From the sequence record NC_029021.1: a stretch of DNA of 60,747 nucleotides, one strand, 5' to 3'. The notes under the pieces are model-generated. The model saw nothing but the letters and a program-made list of their open reading frames with translations, was not told where the DNA came from and ran no database searches. This document shows positions 56,615-60,747 of this stretch, piece by piece. The position numbers and the translations under genes are program-made. Numbering within the stretch: position 1 is the stretch's first letter; every line of letters begins with the position of its first letter. The DNA is from Enterobacteria phage JenK1.

Positions 56615-56980
56615 ATGAACGAGAATATAGTTAAAGCCTGGTCTATCTTACGACCACAGTTGAAAGACGATCGTGTCGCTTTTGTTTTATGTCCTGCTAA
56701 CGAATATCGCCGGAAGCTCGAAGAAGTGTTGCGCGAAGATCCTGAGTTCGTTCGCTGTGTGCAACTGTCGCGGGAGTCATCTGTGGTACAGTTTGATCGT
56801 TTCCATCTTCGTTTGGTTGCTCATCGCAGAGACTCGTATGAAGACACTGTAATTCGTACGAGTGGCTTCCATTGTGATATTGCGATTCTTGACTGTGAAT
56901 TAAGTATTGGGCAGAAACAAGAGTTATATAATCTCGCTCGTGAACGTCATGGTGAATTGTTGATTGTGGAAGTGCAATAA
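56615..56980 (+). CDS. hypothetical protein
   Basis: 121-aa ORF. Confidence 0.5.
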   Translation: MNENIVKAWSILRPQLKDDRVAFVLCPANEYRRKLEEVLREDPEFVRCVQLSRESSVVQFDRFHLRLVAHRRDSYEDTVIRTSGFHCDIAILDCELSIGQKQELYNLARERHGELLIVEVQ

Positions 56981-57318
56981 TGGCCAAAGATATCGTTATT
57001 CCGAAAATGTATTGCCAACTTCGTGATACTTTATTACAAAGCGGTTGGATTATTAGTCACACCGATGTGAATGATACTTATATTGTTCTTATACCACCTG
57101 ACGGGACGATATCCTGCATTTTGCACTACATGCCCGAAGCAAAGACGGTTTATCCGAACGGGTCGTTCTTACTTCGTCTGCGCTCCGATACATGGAAGAT
57201 CCAAACGGATACCTGTGCAATTGACGAGAATACCAGTAAAGAGTTTATTCGCAAGCTAACTCAGCTGAATAAAATCTACCAGCATGTTAAATTTGATTTA
57301 TTTAAGGAAGTCTTCTAA
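56980..57318 (+). CDS. hypothetical protein
   Basis: 112-aa ORF; coupled to neighbours. Confidence 0.5.
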   Translation: MAKDIVIPKMYCQLRDTLLQSGWIISHTDVNDTYIVLIPPDGTISCILHYMPEAKTVYPNGSFLLRLRSDTWKIQTDTCAIDENTSKEFIRKLTQLNKIYQHVKFDLFKEVF

Positions 57319-57758
57319 TGCTTACTATCAACGATCCAATCAAGCATAAAACTCAGAAAAGCATAATGGCTTGCATTCCTACCTGTCTTGCTATGCTTCT
57401 TGACAAAGACCCTGAGCAGGTATATGACGAGTTCACAAAGGACTATATCCGTGGACATATTGATGTTGCTAGTTATCTATATCGATACGGTATCTTTGCG
57501 CAGCCGCATATCACTGCCGGTATGCACCAAATCCGACCTGGGCGCTTGTATCTTGCGACTGTACCCTCTTTGCAGTTACCTGGACTTTTCCATCAGATCA
57601 TTATTGACGCTCGCTTCGGCGATGTTAAGGTATACGACCCATGTAAAGGTCTGCAAGGGAAACAATACTATTCCTATGACCACGTTGCAGAGGGTAATGA
57701 TCTGGCGTATCCTCTGCGGTCTTTCCTGATTGATTACGAAATTATATTGCCGGGGTGA
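57318..57758 (+). CDS. papain-like cysteine peptidase, C39-like
   Basis: Q at -6 then CIPTCLAML (compare C39 CGxACLAM), later HQIIIDARFGDVKVYDP (compare C39 HFVVL...DP). Confidence 0.5.
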   Translation: MLTINDPIKHKTQKSIMACIPTCLAMLLDKDPEQVYDEFTKDYIRGHIDVASYLYRYGIFAQPHITAGMHQIRPGRLYLATVPSLQLPGLFHQIIIDARFGDVKVYDPCKGLQGKQYYSYDHVAEGNDLAYPLRSFLIDYEIILPG

Positions 57759-57761
57759 TTT

Positions 57762-58115
57762 ATGAGCTTGCAACGTTTTGACAATGCAGAACTCGCGTGT
57801 GAATTTGCAAAGCGTAAGTTCGCTAAAACAGGTACGCCGCGATGCGTACATGCGGCTATTGGGCAAAATGGGGCAAAGTATTGGTACGTTGGTACAGTAG
57901 CTCAGATCAAGCGAAGATTCGCGACTACGCCCGAAATGCGCCGGCTTGGGTCCCCTACACTTGTGCGAAACAGGCAGTTGGATAAAGAGGAAATTTATCA
58001 ATTTCTTAGGAATTACACTGGTAAAGAGAATAGATTTCAGGTTGCAGCGAAAGAGTTCAATATCGGTCTTTCCACTGCTTATAAAATTTATCACATATAT
58101 GGGCGTTTAATATGA
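57762..58115 (+). CDS. putative DNA-binding protein (C-terminal HTH-like)
   Basis: 117 aa; C-terminal segment QVAAKEFNIGLSTAYKIY resembles a helix-turn-helix. Confidence 0.4.
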   Translation: MSLQRFDNAELACEFAKRKFAKTGTPRCVHAAIGQNGAKYWYVGTVAQIKRRFATTPEMRRLGSPTLVRNRQLDKEEIYQFLRNYTGKENRFQVAAKEFNIGLSTAYKIYHIYGRLI

Positions 58116-58606
58116 CCGCAATTGCTTATCGTAATGGTATATTGGCTGTAGATCGTCAGGTTACATGGGGTAATATTGCAACAACTACGGATAAAGTTCA
58201 CACTGTCAACATTCCAGGAATTGGACTTTGTCTTGTTGCGATGTCTGGTAAACTACGTCCTGTAACTGATATTATAGACCATCTGAAAACTACGGTTCGT
58301 GGACGCAAAGAACCTTTCTCAGATTTAAATCCGGATTCCCGTTATGGTATTGCGGTGACGCAGGAGCTTGTCGTATATCCTATCTACGGGGATGGTAAAT
58401 TAGGTCTACCGGACACTAATGAATTTATTGCGGAAGGTAGCGCGTTTGAGTTCTTGATGGGTGCAATGGCGGGAGGTTGCACCGCCGAAGAGGCTGTACG
58501 GCTGGCGTGCGTATATTGCGATAGTTGTGGTCAAGGGGTTAAGTTCTATGATGTAGCCTATACTCTTAAAGTGGCGCAGTGTAAAATCGAGGAGAAACCA
58601 TTTTGA
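58112..58606 (+). CDS. HslV-like N-terminal nucleophile peptidase
   Basis: MTAIAYRNGILAVDRQVTWGN aligns with HslV N-terminus [24 protein letters not shown] as recalled (Thr nucleophile after Met); later IAEGSAF...AGGCTAEEA resembles HslV IAIGSGG...TELSAREIA. Confidence 0.55.
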   Translation: MTAIAYRNGILAVDRQVTWGNIATTTDKVHTVNIPGIGLCLVAMSGKLRPVTDIIDHLKTTVRGRKEPFSDLNPDSRYGIAVTQELVVYPIYGDGKLGLPDTNEFIAEGSAFEFLMGAMAGGCTAEEAVRLACVYCDSCGQGVKFYDVAYTLKVAQCKIEEKPF

Positions 58607-58794
58607 AGAAACCTAAGACTGGTCTGTTCCTTTGTGTTGGTGGACCTTTTGACGGTAAGCGTATACGCTTAACAACATCAGATTTGTATCCAAGTTCCTC
58701 CGTTTTCTCTGTTCCATCCTATAAAAACGGTGAGAAGGGGCAATACGTCTGGAATGATGAAATTCGAAACAGTGTAATCTGGAGAACATCGTGA
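58603..58794 (+). CDS. hypothetical small protein
   Basis: 63-aa ORF; ATGA-type coupling. Confidence 0.4.
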   Translation: MKKPKTGLFLCVGGPFDGKRIRLTTSDLYPSSSVFSVPSYKNGEKGQYVWNDEIRNSVIWRTS

Positions 58795-59018
58795 GTGATC
58801 CTACAAATGCACAATTAGCCGCTGCAAGAGTGTATATGCGCGGAGCTGCCGCTGAGATTGATGCTTTGCCACAATTTGAAAAGCATGTACAGCAACTCGA
58901 AGATAAATTCAAGACTCTTAAAGATCTAGGGGATACAAAAGATGCTATAGCCTTTCTTCTTGCTATCCAATACTTGTCTATGGGGGTTGGTGACAAAGTA
59001 TGTTCCTTAGAAGAATAA
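58791..59018 (+). CDS. hypothetical small protein
   Basis: 75-aa ORF. Confidence 0.4.
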   Translation: MSDPTNAQLAAARVYMRGAAAEIDALPQFEKHVQQLEDKFKTLKDLGDTKDAIAFLLAIQYLSMGVGDKVCSLEE

Positions 59019-59500
59019 TTGGTATTGTTGCACCTTGGATACCACTTGTCATAATTGCTATTCTAGCCAACTGGGCTTATGACAATGCCATAGAATCAGC
59101 TAGAAAGGAGGGTTTCGATGCCGGTGTGTCGTACCAAAAAGAAACTCAGAAAGCGGTTGATTTCGAGGAGGAGAAACGAAGAGCGTATGAGAAAGACACT
59201 ATCGAACGTCAGTACCGATCTCGTATTGAATCTTTGGTTGCCGATCTTAATAATTATCGCGCTACTAATGACAGGTTGCACAACGAAATCGCAACCGTCC
59301 GTAAGTACCTCGGTGACGCTACCGGCCCTCAGCCCGACAGCAAGACAACCGCCCAGATCGCCCGTGTGCTCACCGAGCTGTATTCAGAAAGCGTCACAGA
59401 ATACAGACAAGTGGCAGAAGAGGCTGAAAAGTATCGTCTTGCCGGCGAGCAGTGCGAACTACAGTATGATGCAATGCGAAATCCGCGTAAAGAACGGTGA
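59000..59500 (+). CDS. inner-membrane spanin (Rz-like)
   Basis: N-terminal transmembrane helix, then charged coiled-coil-like periplasmic domain; contains embedded +1-frame lipoprotein ORF. Confidence 0.55.
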   Translation: MFLRRIIGIVAPWIPLVIIAILANWAYDNAIESARKEGFDAGVSYQKETQKAVDFEEEKRRAYEKDTIERQYRSRIESLVADLNNYRATNDRLHNEIATVRKYLGDATGPQPDSKTTAQIARVLTELYSESVTEYRQVAEEAEKYRLAGEQCELQYDAMRNPRKER

Positions 59501-59531
59501 TAAACTGCAAAGTCCTTGCCGGATTGCGTAA
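59187..59531 (+). CDS. outer-membrane lipoprotein spanin (Rz1-like), embedded in +1 frame
   Basis: Signal peptide ending in lipobox LLMTGC, Pro-rich mature region; ATG 59187 preceded by GAGGAGGA. Confidence 0.55.
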   Translation: MRKTLSNVSTDLVLNLWLPILIIIALLMTGCTTKSQPSVSTSVTLPALSPTARQPPRSPVCSPSCIQKASQNTDKWQKRLKSIVLPASSANYSMMQCEIRVKNGDKLQSPCRIA

Positions 59532-59622
59532 CTAACCGTTCAATCTTAATCACACATAATTGATTGTGTGCGTGTGATAATTCAACTATGCTCTATTCGG
59601 TTTAACTGAATGGAGCTTTTTT

Positions 59623-60057
59623 ATGACTATGCAACCACGAGGCATCCGGAATAACAATCCTGGAAATATTCGTTGGGGTGATAACTGGAAAGGTCTTGTT
59701 CCTGAAAACAAACGGACTGACCGTTCTTTCTGTCAATTTATCGATGTAAAATACGGTATTCGCGCCATTGCGCGTATTCTACTAAACTACCGCAACCGCG
59801 AAGGGATGAAACGTGTCGGAAATAAAGGGATTGACACTGTACGGGAGATTATTTCGCGCTGGGCTCCGCCGAATGAAAATAACACTGAAGCTTATATTCA
59901 ATCTGTGTCTAAGGCTTGTGGTGTTGGTGCAGAACAGCCGATTTCAGTGACCGATGATAAAATCATGCTCGCAATCGTGAAAGCGATTATCAAACATGAA
60001 AACGGTGTGCAACCTTATTCTGATGAAGTTTTGCTCGCGGGTATCCACATGGCATAG
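59623..60057 (+). CDS. hypothetical protein, possibly lysis-associated (candidate endolysin by context only)
   Basis: 144-aa soluble protein between spanin pair and two small membrane proteins; no catalytic motif recognised. Confidence 0.3.
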   Translation: MTMQPRGIRNNNPGNIRWGDNWKGLVPENKRTDRSFCQFIDVKYGIRAIARILLNYRNREGMKRVGNKGIDTVREIISRWAPPNENNTEAYIQSVSKACGVGAEQPISVTDDKIMLAIVKAIIKHENGVQPYSDEVLLAGIHMA

Positions 60058-60070
60058 TAAGAGGTTATAA

Positions 60071-60379
60071 GTGTCGCCGAACTGGGATTGGAATATAGTT
60101 TTTATTCTGACTGCCATTGCAATGGTAGGGGGTTCCCTTGGCTACGCTGCAAGAACCCATGATGCTAAAGAAAGGTTCAGACTCAGTGTCTTCATTCAAG
60201 AGGGTGCTTTTTCTGCATTCTTTGGTTTCTTGATAGGTGTAATTAACGTGGAACATGGTGTCTCACTGGGGCTCAGTGGGGCGTTCATAGGTGTGTTATC
60301 TTGGTCCGGTTCAAGAACCATGCTAAAGTTTCTACGGAGAAAGACAGAAGTATGTGACCGAGAAAAGGAAAGAGGTTGA
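60071..60379 (+). CDS. small membrane protein (holin-like)
   Basis: 102 aa with two to three hydrophobic helices and charged C-terminus; GTG start with GAGG RBS. Confidence 0.4.
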   Translation: MSPNWDWNIVFILTAIAMVGGSLGYAARTHDAKERFRLSVFIQEGAFSAFFGFLIGVINVEHGVSLGLSGAFIGVLSWSGSRTMLKFLRRKTEVCDREKERG

Positions 60380-60381
60380 TT

Positions 60382-60618
60382 ATGCGTCACTTCATCAACG
60401 ATCTTCTCATGTTGTGTAAGAAACCGCGATTGCTTTTCATCTATATGATGATTGGACTTGTACAAATTGGAGTCAGTGCTATCGCCATTGATCAGATGCA
60501 CAAGAAACACAGGGCAAACCTGCAACCTTCAACACCACCTGTTTATGTGGTCAATAAGGTTGAACAAATCAAACAAGATATCCGGGAGATAACGTACATT
60601 CCTAAAGTGGAAATGTAG
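60382..60618 (+). CDS. small membrane protein
   Basis: One predicted transmembrane helix; ATG 60382. Confidence 0.4.
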   Translation: MRHFINDLLMLCKKPRLLFIYMMIGLVQIGVSAIAIDQMHKKHRANLQPSTPPVYVVNKVEQIKQDIREITYIPKVEM

Positions 60619-60633
60619 ATTGGTTTATAAGTA

Positions 60634-60671
60634 AAGCCCGCTCCTTGAATTTATATCGAGCGGGCTTTTTA
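60634..60671 (+). terminator. intrinsic terminator at end of right arm
   Basis: 10-bp stem aagcccgctc / gagcgggctt, 14-nt loop, then TTTTTAT. Confidence 0.7.
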
Positions 60672-60690
60672 TTGACATTTGCTATAACCC

Positions 60691-60719
60691 TTGCAATTAA
60701 TTAATCCACCGCTTATATT
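60691..60719 (+). promoter_or_regulatory. candidate sigma70 promoter reading across the window junction toward terS
   Basis: TTGCAA (60691-60696) - 17 bp - TATATT (60714-60719); AGGAG at 60736-60740 lies 7 nt before the window end. Confidence 0.35.
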
Positions 60720-60747
60720 CGTGTCAAGAATCGACAGGAGTAACTTT

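Noticed and set aside
59623-60057. Confident endolysin call for the 144-aa protein
   Set aside because: No lysozyme, amidase or peptidase catalytic motif recognised; kept only as a context-based candidate.
1-60747. Integrase, repressor, attachment site or tRNA genes
   Set aside because: No recombinase-like ORF, CI-like repressor or tRNA-like sequence was recognised by eye; no temperate features are claimed. A tRNA scan was not possible.

Overview
The window reads as a complete, densely packed genome (60,747 bp) of a virulent tailed phage with a lambda-like siphovirus tail module, most likely an enterobacterial phage of the 7-deazaguanine-modifying group (9g/Seurat-like; this placement is inference). 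All calls come from reading the sequence and the ORF translations by eye; no searches were run. Layout: plus-strand morphogenesis genes (1-26072) run terminase, portal, scaffold, major capsid, head-tail connectors, major tail protein, chaperone with -1 frameshift, tape measure, J-like tip protein, Stf-like side tail fibre and a frameshifted tfa. A long minus-strand operon (52442 down to 26143) carries replication, recombination and nucleotide metabolism genes. Embedded in it is the headline system, a 7-deazaguanine DNA modification cluster (FolE, QueD, amidotransferase-QueC fusion, QueE, TGT-like DpdA) with unassigned genes inside and beside it. A minus-strand early operon (55636 down to 53481) holds two paralogous gene pairs with a shared palindromic upstream element. 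A plus-strand right arm (56242-60618) holds a C39-like peptidase, an HslV-like peptidase and an embedded spanin pair. Two repeat-rich non-coding regions (52443-53420 and 55640-56240) look like early control and possible origin regions. The window end carries a terminator, a promoter and an RBS positioned for the ATG at position 1, which suggests the sequence is circularly closed. No integrase, repressor, tRNA or CRISPR array was recognised.
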